Shown: piece by piece, positions 9,513 through 18,915 of the stretch | Numbering within the stretch: the first letter of the stretch is position 1 | How the letters are laid out: each line of letters opens with the position of its first letter | Source of the DNA: Fidelibacterota bacterium | Lineage (GTDB): Bacteria; Fidelibacterota; UBA2242 | NCBI GenBank assembly: GCA_049975265.1 | Contig: JBNGDF010000007.1 | Coordinates: 32,001-96,000, forward strand | Reading direction: 5' to 3' | DNA: 64,000 bases | Program-made: the position numbers and the translations under genes | The notes under the pieces: model-generated | Told to the model about the DNA's origin: nothing | Database searches by the model: none | What the model saw: only the letters and a program-made list of their open reading frames with translations

Positions 9513-10225
9513 CAGACCTGCTCCGTGATCCGCTGCAGCATCCCCTGATAGGTCTTTTCCACATCCCCGAGATCGTGTCTGAAGCGGTCTTTGTCCAGCT
9601 TACGGTGACTCTCCTTCTCCCAGAAGCGGCAGGTATCCGGGGAAATCTCATCCGCCAACAAGAGCTGACCATGGTAACGCCCGAATTCCAGCTTGAAATC
9701 CACCAGCCGGATTCCGAGCTTATCGAAAAACTCTTTTAAAATGGTATTAACCTGCAGCGCCTGACTCTTCATGCGATCCAGTTCGTCCCGGGTAGCAAGT
9801 TTCAGTGCCAGCACGTGGTCGTCATTCATCAGGGGATCATGCAGCGCATCGTCTTTATAATAGAGCTCCACAATCGGTTGGTCGAGAACGATTCCCTCCT
9901 GCATTCCATAACGGCGGCAAAGACTGCCGGTGGAGATATTGCGCACCACCACCTCGACGGGTACGATGGCGACCCGCTTCACCAGCATCTCATTATCTGC
10001 CAGCTGTCGCACAAAATGGGAATCGATACCGTGCTCCCTGAGCAGCGTAAAGAGCCGGGCGCTGATGCGGTTGTTAACCAATCCCTTTCCGCTGATACTG
10101 CCCTTCTTCAGCCCGTCGAAAGCGGTGGCGTCGTCTTTAAAAACCTGGCGGAGCAGATCGGGATCTTCAGTCTGGTATAGAATCTTGGCTTTGCCTTCAT
10201 ACGATTTGGTTTCCGCAGATGTCAT
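9512..10225 (-). CDS. purC: SAICAR synthase
   Basis: YEGKAK, FKDDATAF, LVDFKLEFG, LADEISPDTCRFW and LDKDRFR. Confidence 0.97.
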   Translation of the reverse strand: MTSAETKSYEGKAKILYQTEDPDLLRQVFKDDATAFDGLKKGSISGKGLVNNRISARLFTLLREHGIDSHFVRQLADNEMLVKRVAIVPVEVVVRNISTGSLCRRYGMQEGIVLDQPIVELYYKDDALHDPLMNDDHVLALKLATRDELDRMKSQALQVNTILKEFFDKLGIRLVDFKLEFGRYHGQLLLADEISPDTCRFWEKESHRKLDKDRFRHDLGDVEKTYQGMLQRITEQV

Positions 10226-10226
10226 A

Positions 10227-11519
10227 TTATTCTCCTAATTTTTTATAAATCGCATCAATCCGATGATACAGTTTCGTGACGTCGAACAGGGCTTCGATCT
10301 CCCCATATTCCAGACAGGCGCCAATATCCGGATCCGCCAGAATCAACCCCTTGAAATCTTTCGCACTGTTCCAGGCTGCCATGGCATTTTTCTGCACCAG
10401 GGCATACGCCTGCTCCCGGGTCAGCCCCCTGGCTAACAGTGCCAGCAGCAGCTCCTGGGAGAAGATCAGACCACCGGTCAGTTCCAGATTGCGGCGCATG
10501 TTTTCAGGATAAACGATCAGATTTCTCAGTACTTTGATACTCTCCGCCAGCATAAAATCCAGAACTATACAGCTGTCCGGCAGGATAACCCGCTCGGTGG
10601 AGGAGTGGGAAATATCCCGTTCGTGCCAGAGTGTCACATTTTCCATAGCAGTCAGCGCATACCCGCGCAGCAGACGCGCCATTCCACAAATCCGTTCACT
10701 CAGAATGGGATTGCGTTTGTGGGGCATCGCCGAGGAGCCCTTCTGTCCTTTCGTAAAAGACTCCTCCACTTCCAGTACTTCGGTCCGCTGCAGATGGCGG
10801 ATTTCCGTGGCGATCTTCTCGAGACTCGCCCCTGTCAGCGCCAATGTGCTCAGCCAGAAGGCGTGCCGGTCGCGCTGCACGATCTGATTGCTGATTGGCG
10901 CTGCTGTCAGACCGAGATGGTGACAGACCCGCTGTTCCACTTCCGGATCGATGTGCTGATAGGTGCCCACGGCGCCGGATATCTTTCCCACCCTGACATC
11001 CTCCAATGCCTGCTGCAAACGTGTCTCGTGGCGGCGCAGCTCCTCACGCCAGAGCAGGAACTTCAGCCCGAAGCTGATGGGTTCGGCGTGAACACCATGC
11101 GTGCGCCCGACCATTAACTGGTGCCGGTATTGCCGCGCTTTGTCGGATAAAACTTCGATTATTTCGACCAGCTGCTGCTGCAGCAGTTCACCGGCGGCAC
11201 TCAGTTGCAGCGCCAGTGCGGTATCCAGCAGGTCCGAAGAGGTCATGCCGCGGTGAATGTGACGGGCGGCGGGACCGACCTGTTCCGCCACAGCGGTCAG
11301 GAAGGCGATTACATCATGCTTGACCTCGGTTTCGATGGCATGGATACGCTCCACCGTAAAGCCCGCCTTCTGTTCAATTGCTTCCCAGTCCTCAGGCGGA
11401 ATCAGACCCCGTTCATACTGAACGCGGCAGACCTCCCGCTCCACCTTCCACCAGCATTTATACTTATATTCTTCGGACCAAAGCCGCCCCATTTCCGGGC
11501 GGGTATAGCGTTCAATCAT
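10227..11519 (-). CDS. purB: Adenylosuccinate lyase
   Basis: MIERY, HDVIAF, GRTHGVHAEP and the GSSAMPHKRNP signature. Confidence 0.97.
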   Translation of the reverse strand: MIERYTRPEMGRLWSEEYKYKCWWKVEREVCRVQYERGLIPPEDWEAIEQKAGFTVERIHAIETEVKHDVIAFLTAVAEQVGPAARHIHRGMTSSDLLDTALALQLSAAGELLQQQLVEIIEVLSDKARQYRHQLMVGRTHGVHAEPISFGLKFLLWREELRRHETRLQQALEDVRVGKISGAVGTYQHIDPEVEQRVCHHLGLTAAPISNQIVQRDRHAFWLSTLALTGASLEKIATEIRHLQRTEVLEVEESFTKGQKGSSAMPHKRNPILSERICGMARLLRGYALTAMENVTLWHERDISHSSTERVILPDSCIVLDFMLAESIKVLRNLIVYPENMRRNLELTGGLIFSQELLLALLARGLTREQAYALVQKNAMAAWNSAKDFKGLILADPDIGACLEYGEIEALFDVTKLYHRIDAIYKKLGE

Positions 11520-12634
11520 TATTTCTCCAAGGTCAGTTGTACATCCACTACCTGATTGCCACGCTGAATCTGTAAGCTGATCACGTCACCGGCTTTCAGG
11601 AAATTTTCCTGAATTTCCCGGATGATGTCCTGATCGGAACGGATTGATTTGCCGTTCACGGCGGTGATCACATCCCCCACCCGGATACCGGCTTTATCCG
11701 CCGCACTGCCCCGCTCCACCTCCGTCACGATGACGCCGTTGGTGGAGTTGAGATTCAGATAGCGCGCCAGAAAATGGTCAATATTCTGAACCGAAAGACC
11801 GGTGCGGAAGGTGCGGTCAATCTTCCCGTAGCGCTGGAGTTCCGTGACAATCGTCTTTACCCGGTTAATCGGAATGGCAAAACCCACTCCGATGGAACCT
11901 TCACTGTAGGCACTCCCGGTATAGATAAAGGTATTGATACCAATCACCTCGCCGGCGGCATTGACCAGGGGACCACCGCTGTTGCCCGTGTTTATGGAAG
12001 CATCGGTCTGAATCATGTTCTGATATACCCGACCACTCCGCTGCCGTCCAAAGTTCAAATCCCGACCCGAGACGATCCCCACCGTGGCGGTGGGTTTGTT
12101 ATTGACATCAAAAAGCCCGAAAGGATTTCCCAAAGCGACAACCCACTCGCCGATAATCACCTCATCAGAATTGCCCAGGCGGGCACAGGGCAGATCTTTG
12201 CCCCTGATCTTCAGCAGGGCGATATCGGACATATCATCCACCCCGACCAGTTTGGCGTCATATTTTTGACCACCGCTCAGGGTAATTTTAATCTTTTCGG
12301 CTCCCTCCACAACGTGGGAATTGGTCACAACATAGCCGTCGTCGCTGATGACAACCCCGGACCCGAGACTCTTGACCCGCCGGCGGTGGATTTGCTCCGG
12401 AAAGAGCATGCTCCAGAGAGGATCGTTGAAAAAGGGCGACGTCACATATTCCTGAATGGCGGTGACCTTGATCCCGACAACCGCCGGGCTCACCTGTGCC
12501 ACCGCCCGGGTGATGGTATTTTCCCGGGAAACGGCAATGTCCGTCTGAACCGTTCCGGGCTCAGCCAACAGTCCGCCGATGGTTAATACACCGACCACCA
12601 GAAAAGCCTTTTTCATTCGCAAATTCATCGGCAT
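11519..12634 (-). CDS. HtrA/DegP-family serine protease with one PDZ domain
   Basis: GSGV..TNSHVV, DIALLK, IQTDASINTGNSGGPL and a C-terminal PDZ domain. Confidence 0.92.
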   Translation of the reverse strand: MPMNLRMKKAFLVVGVLTIGGLLAEPGTVQTDIAVSRENTITRAVAQVSPAVVGIKVTAIQEYVTSPFFNDPLWSMLFPEQIHRRRVKSLGSGVVISDDGYVVTNSHVVEGAEKIKITLSGGQKYDAKLVGVDDMSDIALLKIRGKDLPCARLGNSDEVIIGEWVVALGNPFGLFDVNNKPTATVGIVSGRDLNFGRQRSGRVYQNMIQTDASINTGNSGGPLVNAAGEVIGINTFIYTGSAYSEGSIGVGFAIPINRVKTIVTELQRYGKIDRTFRTGLSVQNIDHFLARYLNLNSTNGVIVTEVERGSAADKAGIRVGDVITAVNGKSIRSDQDIIREIQENFLKAGDVISLQIQRGNQVVDVQLTLEK

Positions 12635-12643
12635 CCTATTATC

Positions 12644-13381
12644 CTACTGCTCATATTCCACCCCCATCAGGGTCAGTCCCTGCGGTGGCGCTTTAAAAAT
12701 CTTCAGATGACTGGGACGGTTAGCGACCAGATCCTGAAAATCAGGCACGCTGCCTTTCCCCCGGGCTACCATTATCATCGTTCCCACCAAAATCCGCACC
12801 ATACTATGTAAAAAGCGGTTCCCGGTAATCATGTAATTTACGAAATTCTCATTCTGAATCCATTGGGAATCGTAAATCCGGCAGATTTTTGAGTCCCGCT
12901 CCTGAGCCTGTCGGCTGAGTCGGCTGAAATCGTGTTCTCCCAATACATAATCTGCACACTCCTGAAGAATTGCAAAATGAAAATCCCGCTCCGTCTGCCA
13001 GCTGCTGCGCCGCTCCAGAACCGCCCGCTGTCGGCAAATCCGGTAGCGATAGCAGCGGCGGCGGGCGCTGTACCGGGCATGAAAATCCGGCGCCACCGGG
13101 ACACACTCCCGAATGTGGATATCGGCAGCGGTTTTGGCATTCAGCGCCCGGCATATTTCGGTCGTTGTCAACCGTGTCTCCAGATCAAAATGCGCCACCT
13201 GCCCCAAGGCATGCACCCCGGCATCGGTGCGCCCGGCTCCGATCACCGTAACGGGTACATCGTGATTCAGCGCCGTCAGGGCATCCTCGATCTCCTGCTG
13301 CACCGTCCTTTTGGAGCGCTGACGCTGCCAGCCGTGAAAATCGGTACCGTCATATTCAAGGATGATTTTAAAACGCTGCAG
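12644..13381 (-). CDS. truA: tRNA pseudouridine(38-40) synthase; probable CTG start at 13381
   Basis: GAGRTDAGVHA.GQ, FHAR and FLHSMVR. The frame extends upstream of the track ORF to (L)QRFKIILEYDGTDFHGWQRQ, bounded by in-frame TGA TAA. Confidence 0.93.
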   Translation of the reverse strand: MQRFKIILEYDGTDFHGWQRQRSKRTVQQEIEDALTALNHDVPVTVIGAGRTDAGVHALGQVAHFDLETRLTTTEICRALNAKTAADIHIRECVPVAPDFHARYSARRRCYRYRICRQRAVLERRSSWQTERDFHFAILQECADYVLGEHDFSRLSRQAQERDSKICRIYDSQWIQNENFVNYMITGNRFLHSMVRILVGTMIMVARGKGSVPDFQDLVANRPSHLKIFKAPPQGLTLMGVEYEQ

Positions 13382-13387
13382 TGTTTA

Positions 13388-14125
13388 TCATCTCCATAAA
13401 ATTACAACAAACAATCCTGCCAGCATCAAAGCGGCACTCAACCAATCACCCGTACGCCATTGCAGCATGCGATAGTAGCTTCGCTCTGTGCGGGTCTGGT
13501 AGCCACGCACTGTCATCGCATCCGCCAGCGTTTCGGCTTTCTGAAAGCTGAAAATCATCAGCGGAATGATTGACTGACGTGCCTGTCGCAGTCGCGCCCG
13601 CAGCGTTTTTCCCGGTGTTCCGGAGATTATCTGCCAGCCCTCATCCAGCCGACGATACTCATCCCGCAGAATCGGAAAAAATCGTACGGCAATAAAAACA
13701 ACCTGAAATAAATTATCGCTCCGCCAGCCCAGACGCCGGAGCGGTTTCAGCAGATAATAGAGCGCATCCAGAAAATCCATCGCCGGAAGCCACCTCAGTA
13801 ATAATCCCATCCAGAGTATCAGATTTGCCAGTCGTAGACTGAGCAGAAGCGGCTGTTCGACCAGAGCCCTATGGAAGCGGGTTTCCCCGCTCAGCCACTG
13901 CCAGCCATCACCGATGAAAAGAAAATGAATAAAAAATGTCAGAATCAGGAAAACCCAGAGATAGTGCAAAGCCGCTAAAATTTGACCCAGTCGCAGCTTT
14001 TGCAACCGTCCAAACAGAACCAGCAGAACCAGAAAAATCAGCTGCCCTCCGCTGCTCCCGATGAAAAACAGGACGACCATCCCGGTCAACGCGCCCAACA
14101 GTTTTACACGGGGATCCAGACCCAT
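13388..14125 (-). CDS. ecfT: ECF transporter transmembrane component T (CbiQ/EcfT)
   Basis: LDPRVKL N-terminus, multiple TMs, IAVRFFP, AETLADAMTVRGY and RSYYR. Confidence 0.82.
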   Translation of the reverse strand: MGLDPRVKLLGALTGMVVLFFIGSSGGQLIFLVLLVLFGRLQKLRLGQILAALHYLWVFLILTFFIHFLFIGDGWQWLSGETRFHRALVEQPLLLSLRLANLILWMGLLLRWLPAMDFLDALYYLLKPLRRLGWRSDNLFQVVFIAVRFFPILRDEYRRLDEGWQIISGTPGKTLRARLRQARQSIIPLMIFSFQKAETLADAMTVRGYQTRTERSYYRMLQWRTGDWLSAALMLAGLFVVILWR

Positions 14126-14790
14126 CAGCGGAATCCAAAATTGAACGTAAAGGTCACTGCGTCGCGTTGCGGATAGACCAGCGCCTGAACGCTGTTTTCC
14201 ACCGGCTCCAGACGCTCCTTTGTCAAGGCGATAATATCTATGACACTGATGATCCGATTCACCACCAGCCCACCAATGGCAAAGCTGGCAATATGCAGAA
14301 TCTGCTGGCTGTTATAGCGCAGACGATCAAATTTGCGGCGTGAAGCCTCGCTATCCCACGCCCAAAAATACTCGGAACTTTCCGGGTAGAGGTTGGCGTA
14401 CTGGCGATAGCGCATTTTTTGTTCGTTATATTCATATATGTTGGCATAATTGCCGATATCCGTGAAGTAATAAATATCTTTACCGACGGGATTGATACCG
14501 GCATGCCGGGCGGCATAGGCTTGCATATCCTGTTCGGCGGAATTCCCCAGATAGCTCAGTGTCGCAAAGCCAACCCAAAGCAGCAGTTCGCTGCTGTTAA
14601 ACGCAAAGCCGCGCCGATGGTAATTCAGACTGTGTTCTCCCCAGCCGGGTAAAACCAGACTCTGCAACAGCAGGCGCCGGGCGGTTTTCTGTGACAGCAA
14701 TGAATCGCCTGCTTCCGCCACCTGTGCCTCACTTACAAACGATATCGCCTGCAACAGCATCAGTATCATTGCCCAATATTTTTTCCGCAT
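14125..14790 (-). CDS. Hypothetical secreted/membrane protein (SLVLPGWGE motif)
   Basis: Signal peptide and SL.LPGWGE motif; coupled to both neighbours. Confidence 0.65.
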   Translation of the reverse strand: MRKKYWAMILMLLQAISFVSEAQVAEAGDSLLSQKTARRLLLQSLVLPGWGEHSLNYHRRGFAFNSSELLLWVGFATLSYLGNSAEQDMQAYAARHAGINPVGKDIYYFTDIGNYANIYEYNEQKMRYRQYANLYPESSEYFWAWDSEASRRKFDRLRYNSQQILHIASFAIGGLVVNRIISVIDIIALTKERLEPVENSVQALVYPQRDAVTFTFNFGFR

Positions 14791-14792
14791 GG

Positions 14793-16370
14793 TTATTTTC
14801 TCCTGATTAAGCACGCCGTCAGCAGCGCCGTTAAAGCGATAACGTTTAAAACCCCGAACCAGTTCCCGAAACGGGCATAAATTGTATTCCCGCTGCCCTG
14901 GCTGATCTCGGCGGACAGCCAGCCCCGCCGTCCAAATTTGATCTGTTTCAGAATTCGCCCCCGGGCATCACAGATACAGGAGACCCCGGTATTGGCGGAG
15001 CGAACCACCGGTACCCGGTTTTCAATGGCACGGAAACGGGCGATCTCCATATGCAGGTAGGGCGCGGAATTGTTGCCATACCAGGCATCATTGCTGACCA
15101 CGATCAGCAACTCGGCACCTTTTCGGATTCCCGCACGTACCACCGCGGGAAAGGTGGATTCATAGCAGATCACACTACTGAAAGCCAGAGTACTATCGGC
15201 ATCCCGCTGCCGGTCCACCCGCAACGGAATCTGAAACAGCGTGGCGCTGTCGCCCGGATGAAAAAGACCCTGTCCCAGATTCAGATCGTTGAGCCCGGGA
15301 AAGAGTTCCGCCAAGGGAATATATTCACCAAAGGGAACCAGCTGCATCTTGCGGTAAGAATTGATCGTTTGCCGGTAAGGATCCAGCAGAAAGGTGGCGT
15401 TATAAACCCGATACTGATTTTCGCCGATAAACTCATAATCGGGAACACCGGTCAGGAGATAACAATCCAGTTTTCGAAAATGACGATAGATGCGGTGCAG
15501 GGCGCCACCCCGATTTTTCCGCAAATAGGTCGGCGTAGCGGTCTCCGGCCAGACAAGGAGATCGCAGGGCTGTTCTGCCGCAGCCGAATCGCTGAGATCG
15601 TGCAACAGTTGCATCACTTCAACAAAGGAACCCTGCGCCCATTTTTCGTTGGGGTCCACATTCGGCTGAATCAGAGCAACATGGACTTTCCGGTCGGTCG
15701 CCCGCTCGCTTTCCCGGCGTAATGCCAGAGCACCAAAAAATTCCAGGAAGACAAACAGGATTACGATTGCCAATATCGGGCGCATAATCCGGCTCCGCTC
15801 CCGCCCGGATTGCAACCAGGCGTGAACCAGCAGCACATTTACCAGAACAATAAAAAAACTTATCCCGTTGGCACCAACAACCGATACAATCTGAATCAGC
15901 TGCGTCGCCCGACTCTGTGAATAGGCGAGATTGTTCCAGGTAAAACCCAATTTTCCGAAAGAGCGCAAATACTCCACCGCAACCCAGACCACCGGCCAGG
16001 ACCAGAGACCTGCCAGGCGTCCCCAGCGCCGCCCGATCCAGCCTACCAGAATACCGATCAATCCGTAATTCAGCGCCAGAAAGAGTACCGCCGCAATCAT
16101 GGACAGAGTAGCCCAGTACCACTGGGTTCCCTTGTTCAGTGCCAGCCAGTACATGATTCCCAGGTTCAGCAGCAGCCCGAAAAGAAAGCCCTTTTCAAAT
16201 CCCAGGTGATAATCTTCTTTGATAAAAAGCAGCATCAAGGGAATCAGTCCCAGATAGGCTAAAAATCCCAGCGGGAGTGGCGGAAAGGCACTTACCGTCA
16301 GGATTCCCGAGCTGAGAATCAACAGCCAGTCAGGAACAGGCTGGAGACGCTGGATCGGCGTTTGGTTCAC
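14793..16370 (-). CDS. lnt: Apolipoprotein N-acyltransferase
   Basis: TMs plus nitrilase-fold motifs QPN, WPETA, K..LVPFGEY, ICYES, NDAWY and RSANTGVS. Confidence 0.95.
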   Translation of the reverse strand: MNQTPIQRLQPVPDWLLILSSGILTVSAFPPLPLGFLAYLGLIPLMLLFIKEDYHLGFEKGFLFGLLLNLGIMYWLALNKGTQWYWATLSMIAAVLFLALNYGLIGILVGWIGRRWGRLAGLWSWPVVWVAVEYLRSFGKLGFTWNNLAYSQSRATQLIQIVSVVGANGISFFIVLVNVLLVHAWLQSGRERSRIMRPILAIVILFVFLEFFGALALRRESERATDRKVHVALIQPNVDPNEKWAQGSFVEVMQLLHDLSDSAAAEQPCDLLVWPETATPTYLRKNRGGALHRIYRHFRKLDCYLLTGVPDYEFIGENQYRVYNATFLLDPYRQTINSYRKMQLVPFGEYIPLAELFPGLNDLNLGQGLFHPGDSATLFQIPLRVDRQRDADSTLAFSSVICYESTFPAVVRAGIRKGAELLIVVSNDAWYGNNSAPYLHMEIARFRAIENRVPVVRSANTGVSCICDARGRILKQIKFGRRGWLSAEISQGSGNTIYARFGNWFGVLNVIALTALLTACLIRRK

Positions 16371-16413
16371 ACGGCTCCGTAGGCGTGATAGGACTTAATA
16401 ACTGACAAGAACG

Positions 16414-16716
16414 CTATTTTTTCAGAGCGGCTTTGATCAGTTTGCCGGGTTTGAAATGGGTCTTTTTACGGGGCGGAACATAAACAACCTCATTGGTGCG
16501 TGGATTCCGGGCTTTTGGCTTAGCCTTGGTAGGCTTTACTTCGAAAACACCAAAGCCGCGAATCTCAATCCGCAGGCTGGGAGTCTTTTCACTAAGCATT
16601 TCCCGCAGTGTGACAAAGACACCGTCCACGATATCCTCAGTGTCGGTGACTTTCAAATCCAAACGATCCGCGGTAGCCTTTACAATGTCCCGTTTTGTAT
16701 AGGTTCGGGTTCGCAT
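16414..16716 (-). CDS. HU/IHF family DNA-binding protein
   Basis: IEIRGFGVFEV...ARNPRT.E.V.VP....FKPGK. Confidence 0.92.
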   Translation of the reverse strand: MRTRTYTKRDIVKATADRLDLKVTDTEDIVDGVFVTLREMLSEKTPSLRIEIRGFGVFEVKPTKAKPKARNPRTNEVVYVPPRKKTHFKPGKLIKAALKK

Positions 16717-16728
16717 GCAATTCCTCCT

Positions 16729-18915
16729 TTATTTGCGTTCAACCGATATAATTCCCTGGATACTCTGGATCTTGCCGATAATACGCTCCAGATGGTTCAG
16801 ATTACCAACCTGAAGTACCAGAGAAACATGAATAATGGTATCATCAACGTTTCCGTCAATGCTGACAATGTTCGTATTGGTGGACGAGATACTATCGATG
16901 ACATCTCTCAGAAAATGTTTGCGCTCCTGCGCCATGATCTTGAGCTGCGCCAGAAACTGCTGGTTCCTATCCACATCCCAATCGACATCCAACAGCCGCT
17001 CGTTCTCTTTCAGAAGTGCCGGGATGTTGCTGCAATCGCTTTTATGGATAATGATGCCGCGCCCGCGGCTGACAAAACCGATGATCGGATCACCGGGAAT
17101 TGGATTGCAGCATTTGGCAAAATTTACCATCATATTCACGATGCCGTGGACCTTGACCCCTTTGATATTGCGGCGTGCCTTCTCAATAAACAGGGCGTCC
17201 AGGTCTTTCTGTTCCCGTTCTGACGACGGACTGTCCTGGGGGAAGAGTTTGGAATAGATCGCCGGAACGGTGATCAGCCCGCTGCCGACAGCGGCATAAA
17301 ATTTGTCCAAATCCTCATGCCCGAACTCCCGAAATCTCTTCTGCACCGTTTTGGCAAAGCCCAGACGCCGGTTCTTCTGTTTCTCCTTCTCGATGATCTC
17401 TTTACCCAAGCGCACACTCTCATCGAACTGGGTTTTACGGATAAAGCGCTTGATCGCCCCCATTGCTTTCGAGGTTTTAACAAATTTCAGCCAGGCGTAG
17501 CTGGGTCGCTGATTTTCGGAAGTAATAATTTCTACGGTTTCACCGCTCTTCAGTTCGGTATTCAGCGGCACCATTTTCCCGTCTACTTTGGCGCCGATAC
17601 AGTGATAACCGATCACCGTATGAACCTCAAACGCAAAATCCACCGGCGTGGCACCTTTGGGCAAACGGATCAGGTCACCCATCGGCGTAAAAACAAAAAT
17701 TTCATCCTTGAAGAGATCGATCTTCAGGGTATCCATAAAGTCTTTCGGGTCACTGGATTCGGTCTGCAGCACATCGATCAGATCGCGCAGCCAGGCGACA
17801 TATTTATCCACCTCATCGCTCCGGGTCCGCCCCTCTTTATAACGCCAGTGTGCTGCGATACCCTCCTCAGCAATTCGGTCCATTTCAGCCGTGCGAATCT
17901 GGATCTCCACCATGCGACCGGCTTCTCCGTAGACCGTCGTGTGGATCGATTGATAGTAATTTGCTTTATGATTGGCAATATAGTCCTTGAAGCGGTCCAT
18001 TACCGGTGTAAACAGGTCATGGACAACTCCCAGAACCGAATAGCACTCGTCCTTGGTGGAGACAATGACCCGGATGGCAAGCAGATCGTAAATCTCCTCA
18101 AAGGGCTTGTTGCGGGTCTTCATTTTTTTATAGATGGAATAAAAATTTTTTGGTCGTCCAAAAATACGCGCCTTAATACCCAGCTTCCCCAAGGCTCCCT
18201 GCAGCGGTTCAACGAAGGTGCTGATATATTTTTCCCGTTCGATCTGCTTCTCCCGGACCTTTTTCGCCAGGAATTTATACGCTTCGGGGTCCAGGATTTT
18301 CAGTACGAGGTCTTCCAGAGTGGATTTCACCTGATACATTCCCAGACGGTGCGCCAGCGGGGCATAGACATCCCGGGTCTCGATTGCAATCCGGCGACGT
18401 TTGACCGGCGGGAGCGAATCCAGCGTGCGCATATTGTGGGTTCGGTCAGCCAGCTTGATGATCAGGACCCGGATATCCTCCGCCACGCTGAGCAGCATTT
18501 TGCGGAAATTGTCCGCCTGCTGCTCCTGACGGTTGCGAAAACTGATCCCGCTGATTTTCGTAACCCCTTCCACCAATTTCGCGATTTCTGTACCAAAGCG
18601 AACCTGTAAATCTTCGTAGCGAATACCGGTATCTTCGATGACATCGTGCAGCAGACCACAGGCGATGGTGATGGGATCCATGTTCATTTCCGCCAGAATT
18701 TTCGCCGTCTGATAGGGGTGTTCGAAATAGGGTTCGCCGGACTTGCGGAGCTGACCGCGGTGGGCATCTCTGGCATAGCGATAGACCTCCCAGAGCAGGT
18801 CTTCATCGGCTTTGCTAAAAGAGGGTCCCCGCCCGGACGAATTCACCAGGGCGTAAAACTTTTGGGGTCGCCGTTCGCGGCGGGTCCGTACCTTTGCCAG
18901 CAGCGGTTTAACCAT
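16729..18915 (-). CDS. rel: Bifunctional (p)ppGpp synthetase/hydrolase Rel (RelA/SpoT family)
   Basis: HD domain (PYFEHP, LHDVIEDT), synthetase (RFKD, YQSIHT, EIQIRT, AAHWRYK), and TGS, ZFD (AKCCNPIPGD) and ACT domains. Confidence 0.96.
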   Translation of the reverse strand: MVKPLLAKVRTRRERRPQKFYALVNSSGRGPSFSKADEDLLWEVYRYARDAHRGQLRKSGEPYFEHPYQTAKILAEMNMDPITIACGLLHDVIEDTGIRYEDLQVRFGTEIAKLVEGVTKISGISFRNRQEQQADNFRKMLLSVAEDIRVLIIKLADRTHNMRTLDSLPPVKRRRIAIETRDVYAPLAHRLGMYQVKSTLEDLVLKILDPEAYKFLAKKVREKQIEREKYISTFVEPLQGALGKLGIKARIFGRPKNFYSIYKKMKTRNKPFEEIYDLLAIRVIVSTKDECYSVLGVVHDLFTPVMDRFKDYIANHKANYYQSIHTTVYGEAGRMVEIQIRTAEMDRIAEEGIAAHWRYKEGRTRSDEVDKYVAWLRDLIDVLQTESSDPKDFMDTLKIDLFKDEIFVFTPMGDLIRLPKGATPVDFAFEVHTVIGYHCIGAKVDGKMVPLNTELKSGETVEIITSENQRPSYAWLKFVKTSKAMGAIKRFIRKTQFDESVRLGKEIIEKEKQKNRRLGFAKTVQKRFREFGHEDLDKFYAAVGSGLITVPAIYSKLFPQDSPSSEREQKDLDALFIEKARRNIKGVKVHGIVNMMVNFAKCCNPIPGDPIIGFVSRGRGIIIHKSDCSNIPALLKENERLLDVDWDVDRNQQFLAQLKIMAQERKHFLRDVIDSISSTNTNIVSIDGNVDDTIIHVSLVLQVGNLNHLERIIGKIQSIQGIISVERK

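Noticed and set aside
7203..11519. psd-pssA embedded among pur genes as a novelty
   Set aside because: All are intact housekeeping genes, and mixed operons like this are ordinary in FCB-group genomes as far as I know.
17317..18609. 430-aa plus-strand ORF, and similar long antisense ORFs over htrA, dnaB, coaBC, mutS and 48384-49316
   Set aside because: They lie opposite well-supported conserved genes and are typical codon-bias shadows.
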